DNA of 64,000 nt, taken from NCBI GenBank assembly GCA_965214405.1, contig OZ243956.1, forward strand, positions 2,432,001 through 2,496,000, written 5' to 3'. Positions 1 through 10,741 of the stretch are shown piece after piece. The position numbers were made by a program, and so were the translations under genes. The DNA comes from Trueperaceae bacterium (GTDB taxonomy: Bacteria; Deinococcota; Deinococci; Deinococcales; Trueperaceae). Position 1 is the first letter of the stretch; every line of letters starts with the position of its first letter. Below the pieces are notes generated by a model. It searched no databases and had not been told where the DNA came from. It saw nothing but the letters and a program-made list of their open reading frames with translations.

Positions 1-426
1 AGCCCCAAATGATCCATGATTTTGCTTTCGTACTGTGCCATGCCTCAAGCTTGGCACAAAACACGTTAAAGCGGCTCCGGCTCTACCTCGTTTTATTCCG
101 CTTTCGGGTGTTGGACGTGCGGAATGTCGTAGTAAAGGTTGTGTCAAGTTGTTTGTGTTTTATGATTCTGAGCGCAAACGTATGCTTAATGGAGCATCCG
201 TACGCAATCTAAAGGTGATGAGAAGCTGCCTTAGAGTTCATCTTATGCAAGCGGTATTCTCGAAAAAGTCGATTTTGCAGATAACTTGACTCAACCTTTC
301 AGAGTCATTCAGGACTTTTCAAAGGTAGACTGTACGGATGCCACGACACCCCAGCCTCTACATAGCGAGAGCAGATACAAACGTACTTAAGGGCGTAAAT
401 GGCCCTTCACGAGCGGCTTTCTGCTG

Positions 427-1056
427 ATGATTACTATGATTAAGCACCCACCCATCCGGCAGAAATACGTGGCCTACACCAACCAGGGCTTTCTCCTGCG
501 CGAGGTCAGCACCGCCGCCAGACTCCTTCTACAAGGCGTGTCTCAGGACGAACTGCGTAGGCGCGTACAGCAAGAAGACCTGTTCCAGTTGCCCTCAAAG
601 TGGAGTCGCAAAACCACGCTGGGGGCTGTTCAACAACGTCTCAGTAGCGCGCCAGCCCCGCTGATGGTGGGGCTGGCTGAAGGAAGCCTCGAGCTGCGGC
701 AGCTCATCAACCTCTATCTCATCTTGCTCAAGCATCACCTTCTGCGTGACTTTATCGCTGAGGTAATTTTAGAGGAGGTGCGGCGCTTTTCCACCACCTT
801 GCCGCCCGCCGAGGTGAACGCCTTCTTTGGGCGTAAGCGCGAACAAGTTCAAGACATCGCTGGGTGGAGCGAGGCCACACTAGGCAAATCACGGAGCAAC
901 ATCATCACCATGTGTTTGCAAGCCGGTCTTCTCACTAAAGCTTCCGGTGGCCTCGCTATCCAACCTCAGGTTGTACCCAGCACCCTACGTGACGAACTCG
1001 TCCGAGCGGGCCGCGGGGAATTCTTGGCGCTTTTGCTCGACCGCAACGCGCTCTAG
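427..1056 (+). CDS. brxA: BREX system protein BrxA (DUF1819)
   Basis: ~209 aa, first gene of a BREX-ordered operon; 'QLINLYLILLKHHLLRDFIAEV' and 'WSEATLGKSRSNIITMCLQAGLL' resemble DUF1819. Confidence 0.9.
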   Translation: MITMIKHPPIRQKYVAYTNQGFLLREVSTAARLLLQGVSQDELRRRVQQEDLFQLPSKWSRKTTLGAVQQRLSSAPAPLMVGLAEGSLELRQLINLYLILLKHHLLRDFIAEVILEEVRRFSTTLPPAEVNAFFGRKREQVQDIAGWSEATLGKSRSNIITMCLQAGLLTKASGGLAIQPQVVPSTLRDELVRAGRGEFLALLLDRNAL

Positions 1057-1068
1057 GTGTTGATCTAG

Positions 1069-1656
1069 GTGTCACGCGAGATTTTTGGTAGACGCTTGGA
1101 GGGGCTTTTTGTTACGCTGTCCGACAAGGAATTTTTGAGCAACCGTGGCATTGGGAACGAGGTCGGCTTTTACATCTTCGCGTACGCTCCAGAGTTCGAG
1201 CCTGTCGTTGGGGGTTTCGTCCCAAAACTTAAGGGCCGCTTGGCAGGCGCGGGCGTAAAGGTAGTCAACCTTAACCTTTACGAGCTGACCCTCGAGCTTT
1301 TGAGCGCGCGCGACCTTTTGCAGCAGGCTTTTGAACTAGAAGAAAAGAAGGGGTCGGCAGGTTTGGAAAAGGCGCTCAAAAAGATTGTCAGACCGGAGCG
1401 AATCACCGAGCTTATCGAGACGCGACTCGGCGAGCCTCACGACCTGGTATTCATCACGGGTGTCGGGGCAGCCTACCCCCTCTTACGCTCGCACACGGTG
1501 CTCAACAACCTACATCCGGTTATTGACAAGGTGCCGGTGGTCATGTTTTTCCCCGGCTCATACACCGGGCAAGAGCTCAGGCTGTTTGACGAACTCAAGG
1601 ACGACAATTACTATAGAGCGTTCCCCCTGCTACAGGAGATGGTGAGGAAAGCGTGA
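1069..1656 (+). CDS. brxB: BREX system protein BrxB (DUF1788)
   Basis: 'GIGNEVGFYIFAY', 'GVGAAYPLLRSHTVLNNLH', 'FFPGSYTGQELRLF..LKDDNYYRAF' motifs. Confidence 0.95.
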   Translation: MSREIFGRRLEGLFVTLSDKEFLSNRGIGNEVGFYIFAYAPEFEPVVGGFVPKLKGRLAGAGVKVVNLNLYELTLELLSARDLLQQAFELEEKKGSAGLEKALKKIVRPERITELIETRLGEPHDLVFITGVGAAYPLLRSHTVLNNLHPVIDKVPVVMFFPGSYTGQELRLFDELKDDNYYRAFPLLQEMVRKA

Positions 1657-4600
1657 ACATCTTTGCAAAAGACATCGAGCGCAACATCAACGGCGTCATC
1701 AAGGTGGGGCAATTCTCTGACGCCACCATCACCGAGGAGCTAAGCGAATACATCGTCACGCATGAGCTGAGAAGCTATTTCGACGCGTTCTACCGGCGAT
1801 ACGTGGACGCCCTTACCACCCCGACAGACAAAGTAGGCGTGTGGATTTCGGGCTTTTTTGGTTCCGGCAAGTCGCACTTCCTCAAAATCCTGTCGTACCT
1901 GCTCGACAACAAGGAAGCGTCGGGCAAAAAAGCGCTCGCCTATTTTGAAGGGGCCGTTAAAGACCCCCTACTGTACGCGGCCATGCAGCGCGCTGGCGAG
2001 GTCAGTAAGGACGTTATTTTATTCAACATCGACTCGAAGGCCGATGTAACCAGCAAGGCGCGCAAAGAGGGCATCGTCGAAGTGTTCATGAAGGTTTTTA
2101 ACGAACACCGAGGCTATTTTGGCACCGCGCCGGAGGTCGCTGATTTCGAGCGCCGTTTGGACAAAGACGGCTCCTACGCGGCGTTCAAAGCGGCTTACGA
2201 AAAAGCTTCCGGCAAGGCTTGGGAACAAGACCGGGAGAACTGGGACTTCCGCGAAGATGAGGTGGTCGCCGCTTTACAGGGAGGGCTGTGTCTCAGTGAG
2301 GAAGCCGCCAGGGGCGCGTTCGAGCGTATTGGGGAGTCATACCATATCAGCGTCGAGGGGTTTGCAAGGACCGTCAGAGCATACTTAGAGGGCAAGCCCA
2401 AGGGTCATCAAGTCGTTTTTATGGTGGACGAGGTCGGGCAATACGTCGGCGAGAACTCCGACCTGATGCTCAACTTACAGACCGTGGTTGAGGACTTGGG
2501 CACCTTTTGCGAGGGGCGAGTTTGGGTGATGGTCACCTCGCAAGAAGGTATCGACATCATTACCGAAGACCGCGTAAAGGGCAACGACTTCTCAAAAATT
2601 CAAGGGCGCTTCGCAACGCGCCTCAATTTATCGTCGGCGAACACCGATGAGGTCATCAAGCTGCGCCTACTGGAAAAAACGGCAGACGCAGCGGACGCAC
2701 TTAGAGCACTCTACGCCACCAAGGAGCAAGTCCTCAAGAACCAAATCAGGTTCAGTAGTGGCACGGCAGACATGCCAGGCTTTGGTAGCGCCGAAGAGTT
2801 CGTCAAGAGCTATCCCTTTGTGCCGTACCAATTCAAACTCTTGCAGAGCGTTTTTACGCAGGTCCGGCTGCACGGCGCGTCGGGCAAACACCTATCGCAG
2901 GGGGAACGCTCAATGCTCAACGCGTTTCAGCTTGCCGCACAGCGCGCTAAAGACGGTGAGCTAGGCACTCTAGTGCCTTTCGGGGCGTTTTACCCAGCCG
3001 TTGAGAGATTCTTGGACGCCCCCATAAAACTGGTTATCACGCAGGCGGCGGCTAACAGCCGACTGGAGCATCCCTTTGATGAGCAGCTCCTGTCGGTGCT
3101 CTTTATGATCAAGTACGTCAAGGAAATTAAGGGCACCGCCGAGAACCTCACGTCCCTCGCCCTGAGCCACATCGACGAGGACCGCCCCGCGCTCCAGAAA
3201 AGGGTTGAGGGGGCGCTAGGGCGCTTGGAGCGGGAGACCCTCGTCCAACGTAGCGGCGACGCGTTCGAATTTTTGACCAACGAGGAGCAGGACGTAGGCC
3301 GGGAGATCAAAAACTTCACCATCAACCCCGGTGAGGTGAGAAACGAACTACAAAAAATCGTGTGGGAAGAGCTTTTTACCGTTAAAAAGTACCGCCTGGA
3401 CGCCCGGCACGACTACCCCTTCAACCGTAAGCTCGACGAACAGACCTACGGCAGCCAAACGGACGATATGACGCTGCATATCGTCACGCCGGAGGGCGAC
3501 ACTTATCGTGAATACATAGATGACGCCAACGCCCTCCTGCGCTCTGGCAGCAATGTGGTGCTCGTGCGCCTGCCGGACGACCTCACGCCCTTCGAGGAGT
3601 TACGGTTGTACGTCAAGACGGACCGCTACGTTAAGCAGAAACACAGCGAGGGCCTAAGCTCCTCCGTTCGCACCATCCTACAAACCAGGGCCGATGAAAA
3701 CCGCGAACGGCGCGCCCGCGTCGTCACCGCCACTGGGCAGCTCATCACACAGGCGGCGGTGTTCGTGCGCGGCGCGAAGGTACCCGCTACCGGATCGTCC
3801 GCGCGGGATGTGCTGACGGCGGGTCTTAAGGAACTTGTCGAGACAACCTACACGAAACTTCAGTACGTCAAAAGAACCTACGAAACAAGCGACATCGAAG
3901 GGATGTTGCGTGAGGGCGCGGGCGCAGTGCAGCCGGACATGGACGGTGAGATGCCCAACAGCCTCGCGCAGAGCGAAATGCTCCACTGGCTCACCGAACG
4001 GCGGGGCCGCCATGAAACCGTAACGCTGCGCGCTTTAGAAGCGCACTTTAGCGTCACCCCCTATGGCTGGGCCAGGCGCGACGTTCAGGGTGTACTCGCC
4101 GAGCTGCTGCTGCAAGGTAAGGTGGAACTCCGGCACGCTCAGGGGACGGTCAACCTTAACGAACCCGATCTGGTGCAGAAGATGGGGCTCAAATCGGGTC
4201 TCGACACCTACACCGTGCGCGTACCAAGGGGCGTCAATCCCGAGGCACTGCGCCTTGCCCGCGAACTTGCCCAGAAGTGTCTCAGTAAGCCCGTCCCTGC
4301 GTCAGAGCCCCAGGCGCTCTACGCCGAGTACGAGAGCGTGCTCGAGAAGCGCGCCGCCGACACCGACCGCTACTTGACCATCGCGCGAGAGGGCAACTAC
4401 CCCTTCCAGAGCACCTTAGCCGCCCACCAGACGCTCCTGAAAAAGCTGAGGCAACCCCGCGAAGCGGCGGCCTTTTTCGAAACCCTGCGGGAGCTTGCGG
4501 AGGACTTTGAGGACTTCGCTATCCAGAGCGAGCCCATCGAGTCGTTTTTCGGGGGCCAGCGTGACGCCTTTGACCGGGCGAGAGCACGCCTGCGGGCTCT

Positions 4601-5153
4601 GGAGCCGGAGCTCCCCTACCTAAGAGACGACGAGCTGACCGCTAAGGTGGAACGCGCGGGCGCGATCCTCAAAAAAGACGACCCCACCAAGGACATCCCC
4701 GAACTCGCGCTCCTGCTCTCCCCCGTCGAGACGCACCTTAACGAACTGCGCGAAAAGAGGCGGCAAGAGGCGCTGCACGCGTGGGGGCGGGCGTGCAATG
4801 ATGTGTCGGCCTACGCCAAGGAGCAGGGGGCAGAGGATGTGTCGCCATTTATGCAACCCCTCACAGCCCTCAAGGACGAGATCGCGGCGGCACCGAGCAT
4901 CGACGCGGTGCTGGCGCGCAAAAATTACATCGAAGAAGCTCGCAAGGGGGTCCGCGAACGGATTATCGAACACCTCAACGCGCAGGCGCGAGAGAGCGCC
5001 ACGCCCGTCAAAACAATCGTCACCTTTCGGCCCGCCACCCACACCAGCAAGAGCGTCTTGGACAGCGAGGCCGATGTAGAAACCTACGTGCAGCGCCTGA
5101 GAACCGCGCTCTTGGACGAACTGAGCGCCGGGCACCGGGTTAGCATCGAGTGA
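1653..5153 (+). CDS. brxC: BREX P-loop ATPase BrxC
   Basis: 1166 aa; Walker A 'WISGFFGSGKSHFLK', 'DEVGQY', 'FSKIQGRF'; GTGA overlap with brxB. Confidence 0.95.
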   Translation: MNIFAKDIERNINGVIKVGQFSDATITEELSEYIVTHELRSYFDAFYRRYVDALTTPTDKVGVWISGFFGSGKSHFLKILSYLLDNKEASGKKALAYFEGAVKDPLLYAAMQRAGEVSKDVILFNIDSKADVTSKARKEGIVEVFMKVFNEHRGYFGTAPEVADFERRLDKDGSYAAFKAAYEKASGKAWEQDRENWDFREDEVVAALQGGLCLSEEAARGAFERIGESYHISVEGFARTVRAYLEGKPKGHQVVFMVDEVGQYVGENSDLMLNLQTVVEDLGTFCEGRVWVMVTSQEGIDIITEDRVKGNDFSKIQGRFATRLNLSSANTDEVIKLRLLEKTADAADALRALYATKEQVLKNQIRFSSGTADMPGFGSAEEFVKSYPFVPYQFKLLQSVFTQVRLHGASGKHLSQGERSMLNAFQLAAQRAKDGELGTLVPFGAFYPAVERFLDAPIKLVITQAAANSRLEHPFDEQLLSVLFMIKYVKEIKGTAENLTSLALSHIDEDRPALQKRVEGALGRLERETLVQRSGDAFEFLTNEEQDVGREIKNFTINPGEVRNELQKIVWEELFTVKKYRLDARHDYPFNRKLDEQTYGSQTDDMTLHIVTPEGDTYREYIDDANALLRSGSNVVLVRLPDDLTPFEELRLYVKTDRYVKQKHSEGLSSSVRTILQTRADENRERRARVVTATGQLITQAAVFVRGAKVPATGSSARDVLTAGLKELVETTYTKLQYVKRTYETSDIEGMLREGAGAVQPDMDGEMPNSLAQSEMLHWLTERRGRHETVTLRALEAHFSVTPYGWARRDVQGVLAELLLQGKVELRHAQGTVNLNEPDLVQKMGLKSGLDTYTVRVPRGVNPEALRLARELAQKCLSKPVPASEPQALYAEYESVLEKRAADTDRYLTIAREGNYPFQSTLAAHQTLLKKLRQPREAAAFFETLRELAEDFEDFAIQSEPIESFFGGQRDAFDRARARLRALEPELPYLRDDELTAKVERAGAILKKDDPTKDIPELALLLSPVETHLNELREKRRQEALHAWGRACNDVSAYAKEQGAEDVSPFMQPLTALKDEIAAAPSIDAVLARKNYIEEARKGVRERIIEHLNAQARESATPVKTIVTFRPATHTSKSVLDSEADVETYVQRLRTALLDELSAGHRVSIE

Positions 5154-5214
5154 CCATGACTTCTAACTCTCGACTCTTTGAACGACTCCAAAACCCTTCC
5201 AATGAGGAAAGCGC

Positions 5215-8200
5215 ATGAACCGAAACGCCGTCAAAAAGTTTGCCACCTGGGCGCGTAGCCACCTGCGCGAACAGATGGAGGCCACAGCCTCCCGCTACGG
5301 GCTGACCCGCAAGGGCCTCGAGCCCCCCCAGTTCGTCGCGGGCGGCATGACCGTCGCGGGCTCCACCTATGACGCGCATACCGCCGCGCTCTACCGGGAC
5401 CTCCGCGTTGACTTAGGCGAGAAACGCCGCCGGGGTTTGGGGGCAAAAGAGGCCCTCGAGTCCCTCACCGACGAAATGGCCTACACCTGGTTCAACCGCC
5501 TCACCGCGCTGCGCTATATGGAGGTGAACGGCTACACCGGACGCTCCTTGTCGAGCGAGACCGAGGGCGTGGTGGACCCCGACCTCCTTCGAGACGCCGC
5601 CGCGCTCGTTTCCGGCGGCGAATTTGCGGGCGTGAGCTTGCAAGACCTCGACACCTGGCGCAAAGGCGGCGATGAGGCGGTCTACCGCAACCTGCTCGTT
5701 CACGAGTGCAAAAAGCTCGCCGAGACGTTGCCCTTTTTGTTTGGCGGCAAGCCTTACGCCGCGCTCTTTTTGCCTCACCACCTCCTCAACAAGGGGTCCA
5801 TCGTCCGGCGGCTCGAGCGCGACATCCCCGAGGAGAGCTGGCGAGACATCGAAATCATCGGCTGGCTCTACCAGTTCTATATCTCAGAGCGCAAAGACGA
5901 GGTGATGAAGGCCAAGGGCGCGTACAAAGCCCCGGACATCCCCGCTGCTACGCAGCTCTTTACGCCCCACTGGATTGTGCGCTACATGGTCGAGAACTCC
6001 CTGGGGCGGCTCTGGTTGGAGGCCCACCCGGAGTCCGGGCTGCGGGAGCACATGCCCTATTTTTTGCCCAACGAGGGCGAAGGCGTGGCGGACAAACCGG
6101 ACAAACCCGTCCGCCCCCAAGACCTCACCCTCATGGACCCCGCCTGCGGCAGCGGGCACATCCTGGTTTACGCCTTTGACCTGCTCTTTCTCATCTACAC
6201 CGAAGCGGGCTACGCCGACCGCGACATCCCCGCGCTCATCTTAGAGCACAACCTCTTCGGGCTGGACATCGACGAGCGCGCCGCCCAGCTCGCCTCGTTC
6301 GCGCTGCTCATGAAGGCCCGCGGAAAGAGCCGCCGCGTTTTACGCGACCCGCCTCCCTCAAACGTCACGCACACCCTCCCGACGCGCGGCCTCGCCCTGC
6401 CGAACACGCCCGAACTGAAAGAGGACGACTGGCAGCCCCTCCTCAAGGCTTTCGAGGACGCCGACAACTTAGGCTCCCTCATCACCCCGCCCGCTGTGGA
6501 CTTTGAGCGGTTGGAGGGTCAGTTGGCCGCGTTCGAGGCGAGCGGCAGGCAAGAGGTGAGCGTGGACGCACCCCGCTTGCGGCGACTCATAATGCAAACG
6601 CGGCTACTAACAAGACGCTACAGCGTGGTAGGTGCGAATCCACCGTACATGGGTAGTAAGAGATTCAACAATGTTATTAAAGATTTTGTGACAGCCACCT
6701 ACCCCCGCAGCAAGAGCGACCTTTTCGCGGTGTTTATGGAACGGGCCTTGGAGCTAACCGCGCCGGGGGGCGTCATGGGCATGATTAACCAGCACGCCTG
6801 GATGTTCCTAAGCTCCTACGAGAGCCTGCGCGAACACCTATTGGACCACTACAGCCTAGAAACGATGCTGCACTTGGGGCCGAGGGCGTTTCCTGAAATC
6901 GGCGGCGAGGTGGTGCAGTCCACGACCTTCACGGTGCGCAACGCCGCACCCGAAAGCACCCACGCGACCTTTGCGCGCCTGGTGGACTTTGGCAGTTCCG
7001 AAGAGAAAGAAAGCTTTTTTAACCATCCTAATTATCTTTATGTCATAAAATCGGCAGATTTCAAGGCTTTGCCCAGCAGCATGTTTGGCTACTGGCTCTC
7101 TCCTATAACTCGTAGAGCTTTTGAAGCGAAAAGTTTAGGCGACTTTATATCCGTGCGAAGGGGATTACAAACTGGAAATGCTCAGAGATTTATTCGGCAA
7201 TGGTTTGAAGTTCTAAAAGATTCAACGCATTGGGATAAGGAAGAACGTGATGAGTGTATTGCTTCTTCGCAAACGTGGTTTAGGTTTAATAACGGTGGTG
7301 ATTATAGGCGGTGGTATGGAAATTTTGATTCCGTAGTTGATTGGGCAAGCAATGGTTCAGCAATAAAAGATACTGGAAAAGCAATAATTCCAAGCGAACA
7401 TTTGTACTTTCAGTCCGCTGTTACATGGTCTCGTCTTAGCGGAGGACGTACAGCTTTCAGATTCATGCCCGAAGGTGTCATACCTGGCGATACTGGTCCA
7501 TGTGCTTTTACCGAAAATAAGCTCTCACTATTAGGATACTTAAATTCCAACGTAACGCAGCACTTTTTGAAATTTCTTGTTCCTTCACTAACTTTTTTGA
7601 CTGGAGACATTGAAAAGCTGCCTTATGAGGAAGACTACTTTGCGAATTACAATCTTGCATTACAGAAGATTGTTACTAATACACTAGAACTTTCCCAGAC
7701 AGACTGGGACAACTTCGAAACCTCCTGGGACTTCCGAACTCACCCCCTCCTCCGCCACAACACCCCCCGCCTCTCCACCGCCTTTGAAGCGTGGCGCAGA
7801 ACCGCAGACGAGGCGTTTTGTGAACTCAAGCGGCTCGAGGAGGAGAACAACCGCTACTGGATAGAGGCGTACGGGCTGGGGGACGAACTTTCAAAGGAGG
7901 TGCCGGAGGAGCAAATCACCGTCCGCCGGGCGGATTTGGAGGGGGACGTTAAAAGCCTGCTGAGTTACGCGGTGGGCTGCATGATGGGGCGCTATTCGCT
8001 CTCTCAACCGGGCTTGAGGTTCGCGGGCGGGGGCTTCGACATGTCCGAGTTTGAGGGCTTTTTGCCCGACAAAGACGGCATCTTGCCCGTGACCGACGAG
8101 GCGTATTTCGAGGACGACATCGTGTCGCGCTTTGTGGACTTCTTGAGGGTCGCGTTCGGGCCGGAGCATCTGGGGGAGAATCTGGACTTTGTGGGAGACG

Positions 8201-8742
8201 CACTCTCGCTTAGAGCGGGCGAGGGGGCGGTGGAGCGCATCAGGCGTTACTTCGTCCAAGAGTTTGTGACCGACCACGCGCGCACGTACAACAAAAGGCC
8301 CATCTACTGGCTCTTTACGAGCGGTCCGGAGAACGCCTTTGGGGGGCTCGTGTACCTCCACCGCTATACGCCCGACACGCTGGCGCGGATGCGTAACGAG
8401 TACGTGCTGCCCCTGCAAAGTAAGTTAGAAGCCCAGTTAAGAGACGCCGAGCGGGCGCAGGCGACCCTGTCGGGGTCGGGGTCGGCGGCCAGGGCCGAGG
8501 GGAAGAGAGTAGCGAAGCTTCAAAAGCAGGTGGCGGAGTTGCTGGCGTTTCAAGACAGGCTCCAGCACTACGCTGACAGGCGCATCGCGCTCGACCTTGA
8601 CGACGGTGTGGCCTATAACTACACGCTTTTCGCGGGGGACGAGACCGTGGGCGGTGTGGTGTATGAGGATGGGTATCTCAAGCTGGAGGGGCTTTACAAG
8701 GCGTCGCAGTGGAAAAGGGACCTACTAGCAGAAGCGACGTGA
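5215..8742 (+). CDS. pglX: BREX-1 adenine-specific DNA methyltransferase PglX
   Basis: 'TQLFTPHWIVRYMVENSLG', motif I 'DPACGSGHIL', motif IV 'NPPYMG', C-terminal 'KRPIYWLF' and 'LDLDDGV'. Confidence 0.95.
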   Translation: MNRNAVKKFATWARSHLREQMEATASRYGLTRKGLEPPQFVAGGMTVAGSTYDAHTAALYRDLRVDLGEKRRRGLGAKEALESLTDEMAYTWFNRLTALRYMEVNGYTGRSLSSETEGVVDPDLLRDAAALVSGGEFAGVSLQDLDTWRKGGDEAVYRNLLVHECKKLAETLPFLFGGKPYAALFLPHHLLNKGSIVRRLERDIPEESWRDIEIIGWLYQFYISERKDEVMKAKGAYKAPDIPAATQLFTPHWIVRYMVENSLGRLWLEAHPESGLREHMPYFLPNEGEGVADKPDKPVRPQDLTLMDPACGSGHILVYAFDLLFLIYTEAGYADRDIPALILEHNLFGLDIDERAAQLASFALLMKARGKSRRVLRDPPPSNVTHTLPTRGLALPNTPELKEDDWQPLLKAFEDADNLGSLITPPAVDFERLEGQLAAFEASGRQEVSVDAPRLRRLIMQTRLLTRRYSVVGANPPYMGSKRFNNVIKDFVTATYPRSKSDLFAVFMERALELTAPGGVMGMINQHAWMFLSSYESLREHLLDHYSLETMLHLGPRAFPEIGGEVVQSTTFTVRNAAPESTHATFARLVDFGSSEEKESFFNHPNYLYVIKSADFKALPSSMFGYWLSPITRRAFEAKSLGDFISVRRGLQTGNAQRFIRQWFEVLKDSTHWDKEERDECIASSQTWFRFNNGGDYRRWYGNFDSVVDWASNGSAIKDTGKAIIPSEHLYFQSAVTWSRLSGGRTAFRFMPEGVIPGDTGPCAFTENKLSLLGYLNSNVTQHFLKFLVPSLTFLTGDIEKLPYEEDYFANYNLALQKIVTNTLELSQTDWDNFETSWDFRTHPLLRHNTPRLSTAFEAWRRTADEAFCELKRLEEENNRYWIEAYGLGDELSKEVPEEQITVRRADLEGDVKSLLSYAVGCMMGRYSLSQPGLRFAGGGFDMSEFEGFLPDKDGILPVTDEAYFEDDIVSRFVDFLRVAFGPEHLGENLDFVGDALSLRAGEGAVERIRRYFVQEFVTDHARTYNKRPIYWLFTSGPENAFGGLVYLHRYTPDTLARMRNEYVLPLQSKLEAQLRDAERAQATLSGSGSAARAEGKRVAKLQKQVAELLAFQDRLQHYADRRIALDLDDGVAYNYTLFAGDETVGGVVYEDGYLKLEGLYKASQWKRDLLAEAT

Positions 8743-8767
8743 TATTTGCATACAAATGCGGTTTCGC

Positions 8768-8794
8768 GCATTCCGGAATGTGGAATGCTATTAT
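8768..8794 (+). promoter_or_regulatory. Palindromic operator and -10-like box upstream of the HTH/NTase pair
   Basis: GCATTCC-GGAATGT-GGAATGC (contains palindrome CATTCCGGAATG) followed by TATTAT just before the GTG at 8802. Confidence 0.5.
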
Positions 8795-8801
8795 ACAAGG
8801 T

Positions 8802-9299
8802 GTGTTACAGCCGCTCGACCTACTTGTCGCTTTGAAGCTTGTGGTTTGGCACGAGCAAAGCTCGAGCTTCGAAGCACTAGCTAAGGAGCTCCATATAAGT
8901 GCGTCAAGCGCCTACCGGTCGTTTGAACGTGCCTTCCAAGCGGGGTTGGTTACAACGGATCGGACACCAAGGAAGGCGGCCATTTTGGAGTTCGTCATAC
9001 ACGGGGTCCGGTATGTTTATTACGTTAAGCCGGGTGAGATGACCAGAGGGATGCCGACCGCTCACGCCGCGCCACCCCTCAACCAATTGATAAGACAGGG
9101 CAGCGACGTGTACGTTTGGCCCGACCCGCAGGGCAGCGTCCGGGGGCAAGCCGTGGAACCGCTACACCAAGAAGTCCCCAGAACGGCGCAGCGTGACCTC
9201 CAACTTTACGAGCTTTTGGCCTTGGTAGACGCTATCCGCATCGGCAGAGCGAGGGAACGTAGCTTGGCCGAAGAAGAACTGCGTAAGCGCTTAGGGTGA
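8802..9299 (+). CDS. HTH-containing putative antitoxin of a type IV (AbiE-like) TA pair
   Basis: N-terminal HTH 'SFEALAKELHISASSAYRS'; C-terminal 'LYELLALVDAIRIGRARE'; GTGA overlap with the downstream NTase; start placed at GTG 8802 by inference. Confidence 0.7.
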   Translation: MLQPLDLLVALKLVVWHEQSSSFEALAKELHISASSAYRSFERAFQAGLVTTDRTPRKAAILEFVIHGVRYVYYVKPGEMTRGMPTAHAAPPLNQLIRQGSDVYVWPDPQGSVRGQAVEPLHQEVPRTAQRDLQLYELLALVDAIRIGRARERSLAEEELRKRLG

Positions 9300-9997
9300 A
9301 AGGCATCACCGAGAGCCTGAGCCGCGTCGCCAACAGGCTGGCCGAGTTGGGCATCACCGACATCGTTTTCGTCGGCGGCGCGACGATTGGCTTGTTCTTG
9401 ACCGACCCAGCCGCCCCCGAACCGAGAGAGACGTTCGACGTTGACGTGCTGACGCCGGAAACTTCCAGAGCCGCTTACAGCGCACTGGAGGAGAGGTTGC
9501 GAAGCGCCGGATTCACACAACCGATGAACGAGGGTGACCCCGTCTGCCGCTGGCGCATCGACGGTGTAACGGTGGACATCATGCCGCCAGACGAATCCGT
9601 TTTGGGCTTCTCGAACCGCTGGTACCCGGACATCATCAGGCACGCGCGTCAAACCGTCCTGCCGGACGGCACCACGATCCGTCGCGTAACCACCCCCTAT
9701 CTCATCGCGTCGAAGCTCGAGGCGTTCCACAGTCGCGGCAAAGGAGACTACCGTTTCAGCCACGACCTCGAAGACATCATCATCCTTTTGGACGGGCGAG
9801 ACGAAATTGTCGAGGAGGTGCGGGGAGCTCCCGAAGACGTGCGGGCCTTTGTTACTGATGAGTTTCGCACGTTGTTAGCCGACGAACATTTTACCGAAAC
9901 CGTGCCCGAACATTTGCCCCCTGACGCCGCCAGCCAGGCGAGGGCGCCGGTCGTCATCGAGCGCATGAAGCGTGTGGTCGTTAGTGCAGTGGAGTGA
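9296..9997 (+). CDS. Nucleotidyltransferase, AbiEii/DUF1814-like toxin
   Basis: Pol-beta-type motif 'VFVGGA...RETFDVD', then 'SKLEAF..RG' and 'SHDLEDI'. Confidence 0.75.
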   Translation: MKGITESLSRVANRLAELGITDIVFVGGATIGLFLTDPAAPEPRETFDVDVLTPETSRAAYSALEERLRSAGFTQPMNEGDPVCRWRIDGVTVDIMPPDESVLGFSNRWYPDIIRHARQTVLPDGTTIRRVTTPYLIASKLEAFHSRGKGDYRFSHDLEDIIILLDGRDEIVEEVRGAPEDVRAFVTDEFRTLLADEHFTETVPEHLPPDAASQARAPVVIERMKRVVVSAVE

Positions 9998-10035
9998 TGA
10001 CTACCCTTGGCGTCGTTAGCACTGAGGACGCTCGT

Positions 10036-10379
10036 TTAGTCAGCTCCGAGCACGCTCAACCCTGGAAACACCGCCTTGTACGCCGTGTCGTCGAAGGTGA
10101 TCACGCTCAGCTTGTGATGCTCAGCGTACGCGCCGAAAGCAGAGCCCGACCGCTCCCAGACGCTCGGCGGCGTGTCCCAAAGAACTGATACACCAGCGCG
10201 CTCCAAAAAGGTCATGACGCCCTCCCGGTTGGGCGAGGCCATAAGTTCGGCGTAAACAACGGGAGAGACGACCAGCAGCTCAGACGCGCCCACCTTACCA
10301 GATGCTCCCTGGCGCGTCGGTGGTTAACGTCGGAGCGGTTTAGAGCCGACAAGATGAGGTTCGTGTCAACACTAATCAT
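10036..10379 (-). pseudogene. vapC: VapC PIN toxin pseudogene (frameshift plus 66-bp deletion)
   Basis: Starts MISVDTNLILSAL; 1-nt deletion near 10293 and loss of 22 codons relative to the paralog at 36184. Confidence 0.85.
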
Positions 10380-10638
10380 CCTGGGTGCTGTCTAAGCCGC
10401 GTTCTTCGCGGAGGTAACGGGTTGCGTCGTTTTGAGTCGCGTTCCCCAGCGCGGTGAAGTCATAGTCGGCCAGCACGCCGTCAAGAACGTCACCCAGTTC
10501 AGGACGCACCACCGACACACGCACGCTGCTCCCTTCGACCTCGTAACGCACCGCGTCACCGGGTCTGACGCCTAAAGCTTTGCGCACCTCGGCGGGAAGC
10601 GTCAACTGATACTTGCTGCTCACCTTTCCCTCGGTCAT
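10372..10638 (-). CDS. AbrB/MazE-family antitoxin
   Basis: 'KVSSKYQLTLPAEVRKALGVRPGD'; near-identical to 35911-36177. Confidence 0.9.
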   Translation of the reverse strand: MTEGKVSSKYQLTLPAEVRKALGVRPGDAVRYEVEGSSVRVSVVRPELGDVLDGVLADYDFTALGNATQNDATRYLREERGLDSTQDD

Positions 10639-10741
10639 CGCTTACCTCCGGCACATACTATATTGGTAAGTTAAGAGCACGTACAGATTAGAAGCTTACT
10701 AAAGCAAACGAGCATTACCAAATCAGTGATATATTGCCACT

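Noticed and set aside
1..426. BrxR/WYL regulator or RDRM site upstream of brxA
   Set aside because: No such ORF and no convincing 17-bp palindrome; the short ORFs look spurious
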